Assembly (NCBI GenBank): GCA_038321865.1
Contig: JBBQFH010000026.1
Coordinates: 1 to 49,274, forward strand
Direction: 5' to 3'
Source of the DNA: Gemmatimonadales bacterium
Lineage (GTDB): Bacteria; Gemmatimonadota; Gemmatimonadetes; Gemmatimonadales; GWC2-71-9
Length of the DNA stretch: 49,274 nucleotides
Position 1 is the stretch's first letter, and each line of letters begins with the position of its first letter. This document shows, one piece after another, positions 37,740 to 48,398 of the stretch. Made by a program: the position numbers and the translations under genes. Under the pieces are notes generated by a model. The model was not told where the DNA came from. It did no database searches and saw nothing but the letters and a program-made list of their open reading frames with translations.

Positions 37740-40406
37740 TCACGGTTTCAACTTCGCCTGCAGATCCGCAAACCAGTTGACCACCTCGACCAGCCGAGTC
37801 GTCGGCGCCGCCGCGCCGGGCGGTGCCAGAAACACGAAGCGCCCGTCCCGGGTGACCTCGAATGCCTGGTGGTACCCCGGATGGGCGAAACGCCTCGCGT
37901 CGAACAGCGGCTTCAGCTCAGTCACATTGAAGGTCGTGCCGGCTCCGAGCTCTGCCGCGACGAGGCGACCGGCGTCGTCCATGAAGAACAACTCCCTGCC
38001 GTCCGCCGACCAGACCGGTGACGTCCCCCCGCCGTTGGAGACCTGCCATCGCCCGGCGTCGCTGTTGGGAAACGGCCGGACGAAGATCTGGCTGGCTCCC
38101 GCGTCGCTCGAGGCGTACGCCACCCACCGCCCGTCCGGGGACATGGCGGGCTGGAGCTCGGTCGAGGCGCTGGTCGCCACGCGCACCATGCCTGAATCTC
38201 CGTTCGCCCGCACCGCCAGAATGTCACCGTTGCCCGCCGCGCCGGTCTCGGTGCGCACCAGGATCCATTGTCCATCGTGCGACCAGGTCACTTCCTGGGT
38301 CGCACGGTCGAGGTGCACCAGGCGCCGCTCGCTGCCACCGCCGTCCACAGCGCGGGCGTAGATGTCACCGCCACTGCCGCTGTCCCGCACGAACGCGACC
38401 TCCCGGCCGTCGGGCGACCAGGCCGGGCGGCGATCACGGCCGCTGAAGGTGAGCCGGGTGAAGGGACCCTTGTCCAGCTGCTTGATCCAGATGTCGAGCC
38501 CGGCGCCCGGCGTGCTCACTCCCACCGCGACTCGGCGCCCATCGGGCGACAGCGCGAACGAGTTGAAGTCTCCGGTCCACGACGGATCGAACGGCGCGCC
38601 GACCCCGCCGCGACCCGCCTGCTGCAACGTGACGATGGTCGCGTTCAGCCCGCCGACCGCATACACGACTGTTCCGGATGCGGACCAGGCCAGGTCGGTG
38701 ATCGCGAGGGTCTGCGCCACACCCTGGAGCACCGGCACCGCGGCGCCGCGAACCTCGAGCGTCGACAGGTCGAAGGGCGCCACCAGCGCCACCCCGTCGC
38801 GTCGCACGTAGAGCAGGTGGCCGGACGGCAGGTACCATCCCATCGTGACGTCATTGAGCAGGAGCCGGTGCCGCCCCGACCTGAGGTCGAGGACGTGGAG
38901 CCCCATGGTCACGCAGCCGGAGCCACAGGCTTGAAAGAGCACGCCGCGGGCACGCGGCAGCGGAGTCGGGAGCATCGGCGCCAGACCCTTGAAGTCGCTG
39001 TCCGGCAGGGCGACGGTGACCGCTCCGCCCGACTCGCTCACGCGGCGGAGGCCAAGCAGTGAGAGGTCGGGAAACACCAGTGTGCCGTCATCGAGCCAGG
39101 CGAGACCGAAGCCACCGCCGGCCGAGTCGGCGATGGTGGCGCTCGGCCCGCCCTCTACGCGCACTTTCCTGAGGTGTCCATCGGCCACGTAGGCCAGCCA
39201 GCGGCCATCCGGCGAGAACACCGGGCTGCTCGCGTGGTCGGTGCCCGGAAGCAACTGCGGTTCGAGTGCCTCGCGCCGCTTGATCCAGAGTCTGGCGAGC
39301 GTGTCGCCCACGAAGGCGAGCCGAGATGCATCCGGTGAGAGCGCCAGCGGTGGGCCGGTCAGTATCTCGGTCTGGAGCTGCACGCTGTCGCCCAGCGAGA
39401 TGTAGCGCTGCTCGATGGGACGTGGTCCTGCACTCCGCGCCCGGGCCCATCCCCAGACCCCCAACCCGATGGCCAGCAGCGCCACGGCGCTCGCGAAGTG
39501 GAAACGCCTGCGCCACACGGCGCCGGCCGCGAACGAGCCGGGGCTGGTGGCAGCCAGCCGGGTCGTGATCGCCGGCCCCTGCCCCGCAAGCGCCTCGGCG
39601 AACTGCGCCGCGGTAGCGAACCGGTCGGCCGGAAGTTTCTCCAGCGCGTGCAGCACCGCCGCTTCCACCTGCGGCGGCACGCTCCGCCGCTGGATGGCAA
39701 GCCGCCTCGGCTCCTCGGTCATCACCCGCGCGATGATCGCCTGCGCGGTGGGACCGGTGAACGGCGGTTCGCCAGCCAGCATTTCGTACGTGACGCAGCC
39801 CAGGGCGTAGACGTCGCTCCGGGCGGTGATCTCGCGCTCGCCCATCGCCTGCTCGGGACTCATGTAGTGCGGGGTGCCGAGCGACATGCCGGTCTCGGTC
39901 ATCCGGCTGCCGGCCTTGCTTGCGGCCAGCGCAATGCCGAAGTCGGCGACGAGCGCGCTGCCGTCGTGCAGCAGGATGTTCTCCGGCTTGATATCGCGGT
40001 GGATGACGCCGTGGCGGTGAGCGTAGTCGAGCGCGCCCGCCACCTCGCGGGCGATCCGGACCGCGTCGTCCACCGGGAGCTGGTGCTCCCGCGTGACGCG
40101 GTCGCGGAGCGAGATCCCCTCGACATACGGCATGACGTAGAACAGGAACGAGTCGGCTTCGCCGGAATCGAACAGCGGCAGGATGTGCGGGTGCTGAAGA
40201 TTGGCCGTGGTCTTGATCTCGGCCAGGAACCGCTCGGCGCCGATCACGGCGGCCAACTCGGGCCGGAGCACCTTGACCGCGACCTTCCGGTCGTGGCGGA
40301 GGTCCTGCGCCAGATAGACCGTCGCCATGCCACCCGCACCCAGCTCGCGCTCGAGGCGGTAGCGGTCGGCGAGCGCGGCGGTGAGCCGTGCGAATGCGTC
40401 GGTCAT
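37740..40406 (-). CDS. Membrane Ser/Thr protein kinase with TolB/WD40-like beta-propeller
   Basis: Intact Hanks motifs (GAGGM, VAVK, HRDIKPEN, DFG, YMSPE); TM; SPDG repeats; VVNW terminus. Confidence 0.93.
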   Translation of the reverse strand: MTDAFARLTAALADRYRLERELGAGGMATVYLAQDLRHDRKVAVKVLRPELAAVIGAERFLAEIKTTANLQHPHILPLFDSGEADSFLFYVMPYVEGISLRDRVTREHQLPVDDAVRIAREVAGALDYAHRHGVIHRDIKPENILLHDGSALVADFGIALAASKAGSRMTETGMSLGTPHYMSPEQAMGEREITARSDVYALGCVTYEMLAGEPPFTGPTAQAIIARVMTEEPRRLAIQRRSVPPQVEAAVLHALEKLPADRFATAAQFAEALAGQGPAITTRLAATSPGSFAAGAVWRRRFHFASAVALLAIGLGVWGWARARSAGPRPIEQRYISLGDSVQLQTEILTGPPLALSPDASRLAFVGDTLARLWIKRREALEPQLLPGTDHASSPVFSPDGRWLAYVADGHLRKVRVEGGPSATIADSAGGGFGLAWLDDGTLVFPDLSLLGLRRVSESGGAVTVALPDSDFKGLAPMLPTPLPRARGVLFQACGSGCVTMGLHVLDLRSGRHRLLLNDVTMGWYLPSGHLLYVRRDGVALVAPFDLSTLEVRGAAVPVLQGVAQTLAITDLAWSASGTVVYAVGGLNATIVTLQQAGRGGVGAPFDPSWTGDFNSFALSPDGRRVAVGVSTPGAGLDIWIKQLDKGPFTRLTFSGRDRRPAWSPDGREVAFVRDSGSGGDIYARAVDGGGSERRLVHLDRATQEVTWSHDGQWILVRTETGAAGNGDILAVRANGDSGMVRVATSASTELQPAMSPDGRWVAYASSDAGASQIFVRPFPNSDAGRWQVSNGGGTSPVWSADGRELFFMDDAGRLVAAELGAGTTFNVTELKPLFDARRFAHPGYHQAFEVTRDGRFVFLAPPGAAAPTTRLVEVVNWFADLQAKLKP

Positions 40407-43039
40407 CGGCGCACTGCCGCCCGCCGATCGTGCAGCAGGTTCTCGAACACATTGTGCACCCCGACCAGGGCGGACCGGCCGCGGCCGCCGCTGACGAGGA
40501 TGAAATGGCCGCCATCCGGCGCGACGTCGTACTCGCGAAAGTCTCCGCCATCCATGAATGACCCGGCGAAGAGGGCGCGGCGCCCGGTGACGGCGAACGT
40601 GGCACCGGCGTCAACCGCGGCGGTCATCAGGCTGTCACCGGCGCGATAGTACAGCTCCCGTCCATTGGGCGACCACACGGGCTCCGCGCCGCCCTGCAAG
40701 GAAATCGACATCCGTGCGCCGAGTCCCGGATACGGCCGGACGTACACCTCCGTGCGTCCGGTCTCGTCGGACTGATAGGCGAGCCAGCGCCCGTCGGGAG
40801 AGAGCGCCGGGGCCCGCTCGCCGAAGCTGCCGGGGAGGAGTAACACCGACGCGGGAGCGGAGTCGAAGGCGAGCCGGCGTATTCCCGCCCGGTCGCTGGC
40901 ATCCTCCGTGTAGATCAGGCTGCGGCCGTCAGGGGTCACCGATCCTCCGAAGCGCGATCCGTTGGCCACCATGAGGCTGTCCGGGCGCCCGCTCCCGTCC
41001 GATGCGATCCACCACAGGTCATCGTTGCTCGAGTAGACCAGGCGACGACCGTCCGGGGTCCAGATCGGGCGGTTGCTGATGCCGTCGGTCGTCAGGCGCG
41101 ACCAGGTGTACTGGCTGAGATCGACGACCCACACATCCCTGGTCAGCGTCGTGGGATCGGTGATGCCGACCGCGAGTCGCCGCCCGTCAGGTGAGATCCG
41201 CGGATTGGAGAAGATGCGCGGCTCGCCCGGGACGCGGCTCACCTGTCCCGTGCGCGAAACCAGGAGCAGGGTGCGCCGGAGCGCGCCGCCCCCCTGGGAG
41301 TAGATGATCGCGCCCGAACGCGAGACGGCTGCGCGGGCCGCGAACACGTCCGGCTGGGAGACGTCACGGGCGATGGTGACCGGGGGACCGGTCGGCTGCA
41401 CGCGCTTCTTGTCGAAGGGCACGGCGAGCAGGCTGCCGCCCGGCGTGCCCACCACGACGAAACCCGCATCCACCCATTGTGATGAGAACCCCGGCTGGTC
41501 GAAACGGGTGATATGGCCCGTCCCGAGATCGAGGGCGGCAAGGCGGCTGCTGGTCCCGGTGAACAGGCTGAACAGCACGGTGCGGGTGTTGGGCAGCAGG
41601 ATGGGCGCGCGATACGCTTCCGTGGGGGTGCCGGGATTGGCCAGCTCGCGCGGATGTCCGCCGCGCGCCGGCACCGACATGAGCACCCGCGAGTTCACGT
41701 TGCCGGGCGGGGCGGTGTGATACCGCACGGTATCGTCGGTTCCCCAGTCGTACTGGTAGCCCGGGCAGGAATCGCAGATGACGACTGGTGAGCCGCCGGC
41801 GAGCGACACCTTGAGCAACCGGGCATTCTCGGTGAAGCCGAGCCAGCTGCCGTCGGGCGAGAAGAACGGGGAGCTGCCGCGGGCGCCGCCGGGGACCAGT
41901 ACCGGCTCGAGCTGGTCCAGCGAGCGAACCATGATGCCGACACGGGAGAGATAGGCGAACTTCGATCCGTCGGGGGCGTATGCCAGCTGGGCACTGCTCG
42001 CATCGTTGACGGCGGTGCTGTCGGTCAGCGGAATCTGGTAGCGCACGACGGGAGGCACCGGACGCTCGCCCGGGGACGAGGTCGCCCGGCCGGCGGCGAG
42101 ACCGAGCGCGATACCCGCCGCGCCGACCGCGAGCAGCGCCAGCGCACCGGGCCGTCGCGACGTCTTGGGCGCGCTCCGCATGACGGTGGTGCGCGTCCGC
42201 GTCAGGCTGCCATCGGCCAGCGCCGCCCCGAACCCGCTTGCCGTCGCGAAGCGGTCCGCCGGCAGCTTTTCGAGCGCGTGCATCACCGCGGCCTCGACGT
42301 GCTCCGGCACCGCCTTCCGCTGGGCCGAGATCCCGCGCGGCTCCTCGGTGATCAGCCGCGCGACGATGGCCTGCACCGTCGGCCCGGTGAACGGCGGCTC
42401 CCCGACCAGCATCTCGTAGGTGACCGCGCCCAGCGCATAGACATCGCTCCGCGCGTCGATCCCCCGCTCCCCCATCGCCTGTTCCGGCGACATGTATTGC
42501 GGCGTGCCGAGGGACAGGCCGGTCTGCGTCATCCGCTGGCCGGCGGCCGTCTGGACCGCCAGCGCGATCCCGAAGTCGGCCACCAGCGCGTGGCCGCCCT
42601 GGAGCAGGATGTTCTCGGGCTTGATGTCGCGGTGGATCACACCGAGCCCGTGCGCGTACCCCAGCGCGTCGGCCACCTCGCGCGCGATGAGGATCGCATC
42701 GTCGATCGGCAGCTGCCGCTCCCGCTCGAGCCGCGTGCGCAGCGTCTCGCCGGTGACCAGCGGCATCACGTAATAGAGGAGGCCGTCGGCATCGCCCGAG
42801 TCGAGCAGCGGGAGGATGTGCGGGTGCTGCAGGCGCGCGGTGGTCCGGATCTCGGACAAAAACCGCTCGCTGCCCAGCGCCGCACCGAGGTCGGGATGCA
42901 GCACCTTGATCGCGACGTCGCGCTCATGCCGGAGGTCATGCGCGAGGTAGACCGTGGCCATGCCACCCGCACCGATCTCACGCTCGATGCGATATCGGTC
43001 GGCGAGGGCGGCGGCGAGGCGACCGGCGGCGTCGCTCAT
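40403..43039 (-). CDS. Membrane Ser/Thr protein kinase with TolB/WD40-like beta-propeller
   Basis: Intact Hanks motifs; TM; SPDG/TPDG repeats. Confidence 0.93.
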   Translation of the reverse strand: MSDAAGRLAAALADRYRIEREIGAGGMATVYLAHDLRHERDVAIKVLHPDLGAALGSERFLSEIRTTARLQHPHILPLLDSGDADGLLYYVMPLVTGETLRTRLERERQLPIDDAILIAREVADALGYAHGLGVIHRDIKPENILLQGGHALVADFGIALAVQTAAGQRMTQTGLSLGTPQYMSPEQAMGERGIDARSDVYALGAVTYEMLVGEPPFTGPTVQAIVARLITEEPRGISAQRKAVPEHVEAAVMHALEKLPADRFATASGFGAALADGSLTRTRTTVMRSAPKTSRRPGALALLAVGAAGIALGLAAGRATSSPGERPVPPVVRYQIPLTDSTAVNDASSAQLAYAPDGSKFAYLSRVGIMVRSLDQLEPVLVPGGARGSSPFFSPDGSWLGFTENARLLKVSLAGGSPVVICDSCPGYQYDWGTDDTVRYHTAPPGNVNSRVLMSVPARGGHPRELANPGTPTEAYRAPILLPNTRTVLFSLFTGTSSRLAALDLGTGHITRFDQPGFSSQWVDAGFVVVGTPGGSLLAVPFDKKRVQPTGPPVTIARDVSQPDVFAARAAVSRSGAIIYSQGGGALRRTLLLVSRTGQVSRVPGEPRIFSNPRISPDGRRLAVGITDPTTLTRDVWVVDLSQYTWSRLTTDGISNRPIWTPDGRRLVYSSNDDLWWIASDGSGRPDSLMVANGSRFGGSVTPDGRSLIYTEDASDRAGIRRLAFDSAPASVLLLPGSFGERAPALSPDGRWLAYQSDETGRTEVYVRPYPGLGARMSISLQGGAEPVWSPNGRELYYRAGDSLMTAAVDAGATFAVTGRRALFAGSFMDGGDFREYDVAPDGGHFILVSGGRGRSALVGVHNVFENLLHDRRAAVRR

Positions 43040-45714
43040 CGCTTCGCCTTTGCCTGCAGCTCACTCAGCCAGTTCTCGACCACCACGATCGCCCCGGCCT
43101 GGTCGTTGCTCGCGCCGGCCAGACGGGCCATCAGGAAGCGCCCGTCCCGCGCCACATCCCACGGGGTGTACCAGTTGGATTCGGCACCGAGCAGCGCGTC
43201 GCGGACGTGGAACAGGACCACCGGCGCGGCGACCTCGATCATGGCGCCCGCGGTGATCCGGGCGGACATCATGTCGTGGCTGCGGTTCAGATAGAACAGC
43301 TCAGACCCGTCGCGAGACCAGAGCGGCGCCACGCCACCGCCGCTCGAGACCTGGCGCTTGCCGGCCTCGGTGTTGGGAAACGGCCGCACGAAGATCTCCG
43401 TCCGGCCGGTCTCGTCCGACTGATACGCCATCCACTTGCCGTCAGGCGACAGCGCGACCGCCTCCTCATCGAACTCGGTCGAAAGCACCGGCACCGGCAC
43501 GGTGTCGATGCCGAGCCGCAGCCCCATGATGTTGCGGCCGCCCGAGACCGAGCCGACCGAGCCCTGCCGGATTACCAGCCACCGGCCGTCCGGCGACGTC
43601 ACCGCTTCGTCCATCGTCCCCTTTACCAGCAGCGAATCCGTCCCGGTTCCATCGGCGCGGTGGCGGTAGATCCCGCCCGGCCGCCGGACGCCGACGAAGG
43701 TGATGTACTGATTATCCGGGGTCCAGCGCGGCCGGTTATCCGGCAGCGGGTCGAAGGTGACCCGGTACGCGGCGCCGCTGGGGAGCGGCTTCACCCAGAT
43801 GTCGTCGCCCGCCTGGGTGGAGAGGCCGATGGCGACGCGCGATCCGTCCGGCGAAAGTGCCCATCCGTGGTTGTTGGCGAGCAACGTGAGCTGAAACGTC
43901 CAGCTGCTGTCCACCGGTGCTTCCCGGCCGTTCCGGTCCACCCACACCATATCGAAGGTGCGACCCGCGCTGGTCGCCCCGCCGGTCATCACGATGAGCG
44001 TCCCCGATCTGGAGACGTGGAACTGCTGGGTGCCGGCGCTGTTCAGGAGTTGCTCGCCAAGGGCGACGGCGGGGCCGGCGAGCCGCAGCCGCTTGAGGTC
44101 GAAGGGCGCCGTGAACAGGCCACCCGCCTCGTTGCTGTAGAGGAGGTGATCGGGCCCGAGAAAGGCGCCGGCGGAGGCGCTGGCCACCACCGGGTGCGCC
44201 GCCCCGCCCGACAGGTTGACCGCCCAGAGGTCACTGGTCGCGCAGCTCGCGTTACAGGACTGAAACAGCACCCCGTGCCCGCCGGGAAGCGCAGAGGGAA
44301 GCAGCGAGAGCGTCGAGTCCGATTTCCAGAGCGGTGACGGCGTGCCGCCGGCGGCCGGGATGCGCATCAGCCCCGCCGCGCCCCGGAGGGGGTAGACGAG
44401 GGTCCCGTCATCGAGCCACGCGACGCCGTATTCGGTCGCGACATTGTCGCTGGCGAGCAGCACGGGTGCGCCACCGCTGACCGCCACCTTGCTGAGCCGG
44501 CCGTTGGTGATGAACCCGATCCAGCCGCCGTCCGGCGATATCGTGAAGCATGACGCGCCGACGGTGCCGGGAACCGGTGTTGCGGCGTAGCTGTCACGCC
44601 GCTTGAGCCAGAGCTGGTTTCCGCCCTCCGACGGCCCGATATACACGATGAAGGAGCCATCAGGCGCGGGCTCGGGCGTCTGCGAGCCGGGAATCATCGC
44701 CTGGGACGGAGGCAGCGAGAGCCCGTAGCGGATGACCGGCGCCGTCGGCCGGGGGCGAAGCCAGCCCCACAGCGCGGCGATCAGCAGGAGCAACGCGAGC
44801 GCTGAGACCGCCAGCAACCGCCGGGACGACCCGGGTGTGCCCGTCCACGATGGCGCGCCGGTGACATCGTCGCCGCGATAGGCCGGATCATGGAGCGCCT
44901 GGGAAAACTCCCGCGCCGTGGCGAACCGATCGGCCGGCAGCTTCTCGAGCGATTTCCCCACCGCCGCCGCGACGTTTGCCGGCACCGACTTCCGCAGCCG
45001 CGTCACCGGCTGCGCGTCCTCGGCGATGATCTTCATGATGATCTGCTGCGCCGAGCCGCCGAGGTGCGGCGGCTCGCCGGCCAGCATCTCGTAGAGCACG
45101 CTGCCGAGCGAGTAGATGTCGCTCCGCCCGGTGAGATCCTTGTCGGCGGTGGCCTGCTCGGGACTCATGTAGTGCGGCGTGCCGAGACTCATGCCGGTCT
45201 CGGTCATCCGGCCGCCGGCGGCGGCGGAGAGCGCGAGCGCGATGCCGAAGTCGGCCACCATGGGGCGGCCATCGTGCAGGAGAATATTTTCCGGCTTGAT
45301 GTCGCGATGGATCACGCCGTGGCGGTGGGCGTAGTCGAGCGCGTCGGCCACCTCTGACGCGATCCGCACCGATTCATCGATCCCCAGCTGTGACTCGCGG
45401 TCGAGCTTGCTGCGGAGCGTCTCCCCCTGGATATAGGGCATGACGTAGAACAGAAAGCCGTCGGCGGTGCCGCTGTCGAAGAGCGGGAGGATGTGCGGGT
45501 GCTGCAGCGCTGCTGTAGTGCGAATCTCGACCACGAAGCGGTCGGCGCCGAGCACGGCGGCGAGCTCGGGCCGCAGCACCTTGAGCGCCACCTGGCGGTC
45601 GTGCTTCAGGTCGTGGGCCAGATAGACCGTCGCCATGCCGCCCTGCCCGAGCTCGCGCTCGAGGCGGTAGCGGTCGGCGAGGGCCGCGGCGAGGCGGGGC
45701 GGAACTTCGCTCAT
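43036..45714 (-). CDS. Membrane Ser/Thr protein kinase with TolB/WD40-like beta-propeller
   Basis: Intact Hanks motifs; TM; SPDG repeats. ATG at 45714 overlaps the upstream TGA. Confidence 0.93.
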   Translation of the reverse strand: MSEVPPRLAAALADRYRLERELGQGGMATVYLAHDLKHDRQVALKVLRPELAAVLGADRFVVEIRTTAALQHPHILPLFDSGTADGFLFYVMPYIQGETLRSKLDRESQLGIDESVRIASEVADALDYAHRHGVIHRDIKPENILLHDGRPMVADFGIALALSAAAGGRMTETGMSLGTPHYMSPEQATADKDLTGRSDIYSLGSVLYEMLAGEPPHLGGSAQQIIMKIIAEDAQPVTRLRKSVPANVAAAVGKSLEKLPADRFATAREFSQALHDPAYRGDDVTGAPSWTGTPGSSRRLLAVSALALLLLIAALWGWLRPRPTAPVIRYGLSLPPSQAMIPGSQTPEPAPDGSFIVYIGPSEGGNQLWLKRRDSYAATPVPGTVGASCFTISPDGGWIGFITNGRLSKVAVSGGAPVLLASDNVATEYGVAWLDDGTLVYPLRGAAGLMRIPAAGGTPSPLWKSDSTLSLLPSALPGGHGVLFQSCNASCATSDLWAVNLSGGAAHPVVASASAGAFLGPDHLLYSNEAGGLFTAPFDLKRLRLAGPAVALGEQLLNSAGTQQFHVSRSGTLIVMTGGATSAGRTFDMVWVDRNGREAPVDSSWTFQLTLLANNHGWALSPDGSRVAIGLSTQAGDDIWVKPLPSGAAYRVTFDPLPDNRPRWTPDNQYITFVGVRRPGGIYRHRADGTGTDSLLVKGTMDEAVTSPDGRWLVIRQGSVGSVSGGRNIMGLRLGIDTVPVPVLSTEFDEEAVALSPDGKWMAYQSDETGRTEIFVRPFPNTEAGKRQVSSGGGVAPLWSRDGSELFYLNRSHDMMSARITAGAMIEVAAPVVLFHVRDALLGAESNWYTPWDVARDGRFLMARLAGASNDQAGAIVVVENWLSELQAKAKR

Positions 45715-48398
45715 TTCACCACCCATGCGGCGTCGTCCTTCAGCAATGACTGGATGCGGGGGTCGCTCCGGATTCCGTCGAACAGCGGGTCCAGCTGGAG
45801 CGAGCCTCGCGTGATGAACAACTGGGTGGTCGCGGAGATCGGCGCATGCGCCTGCTCCGTGATCAGGCGGATGGCCTCGTCCCGGTGTCCAAGCAGGAGG
45901 TGAATCGCGACCAGGCCATCCACGCTGCGCGGGCCCTCGCTGGCGTCCCGGGACGCGGGGTTGAGTGCGATGGCCTTCTCACCGGCCTGGATGGCCTCGC
46001 CGGCGCGGCCCTGAATCGCCGCCGCCATGCCGAGGACGATGTAGGCATCGGCCCCACGGCCGAACACGCCGGTGCCGGGCGAACGGGCGAGGACGGCCCG
46101 GGTGAGCTCGGCGGCGGAATCGGCCCGCGCGCGAGCGCTGGCGGGCGACCCTGCCGCGATGTCATTGAGGGCCTGGTTGAGCAGACGCTGCGGCCGATCG
46201 AGCGCCCGGACATCGCGGGCGTGGCTGAATGCGGCCGTGGACGAGTCGAAGTAACGGGCATAGCGCGCCAGAGTGGCCTCCATCACCGCTCTCAGTTCAG
46301 GCGAAACTCCGGCCGGGAGCGACGCGATCATGGCGCGTCCCGAGCCGGTGTCCCCGCGGCCGATCACGACCGAGGTAAACAGCCACACATTCGCCCCATC
46401 GTTGGTCGGATCCATGATCAGCGATCGGCGCAGCACTTCCTCGGCCTGCGTGTATCGCCGGGTCATCAGATAGGTGTACCCCATGTCGCTCAGCGCGCCG
46501 GGATTCCTCGGATCGAGCTCGATCAGCTTCCGCTCGGCATCGAGCGCCTGATCCGTCCGGCCCCGGCGGCGGGCGATGTACCCGACGCCGGCCACCGCGT
46601 CGGCGTCGCTGGGCCGGGCCACGGCTACGGCCCGGAAGAGGGCAAGTGCGGCGTCGAAGTCCGCGCGCGCGTAATAGGAGTAATAGGCCTGGGCGATTCG
46701 GGTCTCGGGCGCTGATGGTGCCAGCGCCACGGCCCGGTCGAGGGCAGTCCGTGCGGGCAACGTGTCGGTGGTCGACCCACTCCGCACCTTCCAGCTCCGG
46801 GCGGCCGCCAGGCCGGCCCAGGCCTGCGCAAAATTCGGATCCAGTGCGACCGCTCGGCCGAACGCGTCGGCGGCCCCGCTGTCCGCGAAGGTCCCGCCGC
46901 GATTGGCGAAGATCCCCTGCCCCCGATGATACCAGTCGAGTGCCTCGAGATTGTCCGTCGGCGCCCTTCGGGTCGCGGCCACGTCGGTGCTGGTGAAGCT
47001 CGCCCGGAGCGCCTGCGCCACGTTGTTCGCGATATCGCCCTGAATGGTGAAGATGTTCTGGGCCGAGACCTCGCGATCGTACGACTCGGCCCAGATCTGC
47101 CGATCGGTCGGTGCATCCACCAGCTGCACCGTGACGCGCACCTGGCTCCCCGACCGCTGCACCTGGCCCTGCAGCAGGCTCTGCACCCCCAGCTCCGACC
47201 CGATCTGACGGGTGCCCTTGGTGGTGTGCCGGTATTCCTGCACCGAGTTGCGCGAGGTCACCTGCAGCGCGCCGATGCGCGTCAGGTCCGTCAGGATCTC
47301 GCTCTGCATGCCGTCGGCGAACGCCGCGTTGCCGCTGTCGCCGCCGACGTTCTCGAAGGGAAGCACCGCCACCGAGCGCGCCCCCGCGGCGTCGGCCGCG
47401 CTGGCGGCGCCACGACCGGGGGCCCGGGTGAGTGCGAAGGCCGCGACCGCGAGCAGCACCAGTCCAACGGCGGCCATCGCCCATCGCGGCACGCGACTCA
47501 GCGGCGCCTCGGTCGGAACGACCGCGGCGACCGGCGCCGTGGCGGTCGGCGTCATCCCGCCGCTCGGCGTGGCCAGCGGCTCCAGCTGCGCCAGCATCTC
47601 CTCCGCGTTCTGCCACCGGTCGGCCGGCCGCTTCTCCAGCGCCTTCATGATCACGTTGGTCAGCGCCGCCGAGAGCGAGGGCCGGTGGCTGCTCAGGAGC
47701 TCCGGCGCCTGCATCACGTGTGCGGCAAGCACCTGCTGCGGCGACGAGCCGGTGAACGGCGGCCGGCCGGCCAGCAGCTCGTAGCCCATGACGCCCAGGG
47801 CATAGATGTCCACTCGGTGGTCGAGGTGCGGATCCGCGCTGGCCTGCTCCGGCGCCATGTACGCCGGCGTACCCAGCGCCACGCCCAGGGTGGTGAGGCG
47901 ATTCTGGCCGCTCGCTTCGTTCACCGCCTTGGCGACGCCGAAGTCCATCACGAGAGCATGACGGCCGGAGAGCATGATGTTCTCCGGCTTGATGTCGCGG
48001 TGCACCACGCCCCGGCTGTGGGCGTAGCCCAGCGCGTCGGCGATCTCCGAGAGCAGGCGGACGGCCTCGTGCACGGGGAGCTCGCCCTGGCGCGAGAGGC
48101 GCTCCCGCAGCGATTCGCCGTCGACATACGGCATGACGTAATAGAGGAATCCGTCGGCGCTGCCCGAATCGAAGACGCCGAGGATGTGCGGGTGCTGCAG
48201 GCGCGCGGCGATCTCGATTTCCTGCATGAACCGGTCGGGGCCGAGCGCGGCGGTGAGATCCGGGCGCAGCACCTTGATCGCCACCTGGCGGCGGTGCCGG
48301 ATGTCCTCGGCGAGACAGACCGTCGCCATCCCGCCCTGGCCGAGCTCGCGCTCGAGGCGGTAGCGGTCGGCGAGGGCCGCGGCGAGGCGCTCGATCAC
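45711..48398 (-). CDS. Membrane Ser/Thr protein kinase with TolB-N-like and TPR sensor region
   Basis: Intact Hanks motifs (YMAPE); TM; SVAVLPFEN; IWAESYDR; TPR helices; LDPLFDGIRSDPR terminus. Confidence 0.93.
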   Translation of the reverse strand: MIERLAAALADRYRLERELGQGGMATVCLAEDIRHRRQVAIKVLRPDLTAALGPDRFMQEIEIAARLQHPHILGVFDSGSADGFLYYVMPYVDGESLRERLSRQGELPVHEAVRLLSEIADALGYAHSRGVVHRDIKPENIMLSGRHALVMDFGVAKAVNEASGQNRLTTLGVALGTPAYMAPEQASADPHLDHRVDIYALGVMGYELLAGRPPFTGSSPQQVLAAHVMQAPELLSSHRPSLSAALTNVIMKALEKRPADRWQNAEEMLAQLEPLATPSGGMTPTATAPVAAVVPTEAPLSRVPRWAMAAVGLVLLAVAAFALTRAPGRGAASAADAAGARSVAVLPFENVGGDSGNAAFADGMQSEILTDLTRIGALQVTSRNSVQEYRHTTKGTRQIGSELGVQSLLQGQVQRSGSQVRVTVQLVDAPTDRQIWAESYDREVSAQNIFTIQGDIANNVAQALRASFTSTDVAATRRAPTDNLEALDWYHRGQGIFANRGGTFADSGAADAFGRAVALDPNFAQAWAGLAAARSWKVRSGSTTDTLPARTALDRAVALAPSAPETRIAQAYYSYYARADFDAALALFRAVAVARPSDADAVAGVGYIARRRGRTDQALDAERKLIELDPRNPGALSDMGYTYLMTRRYTQAEEVLRRSLIMDPTNDGANVWLFTSVVIGRGDTGSGRAMIASLPAGVSPELRAVMEATLARYARYFDSSTAAFSHARDVRALDRPQRLLNQALNDIAAGSPASARARADSAAELTRAVLARSPGTGVFGRGADAYIVLGMAAAIQGRAGEAIQAGEKAIALNPASRDASEGPRSVDGLVAIHLLLGHRDEAIRLITEQAHAPISATTQLFITRGSLQLDPLFDGIRSDPRIQSLLKDDAAWVVK

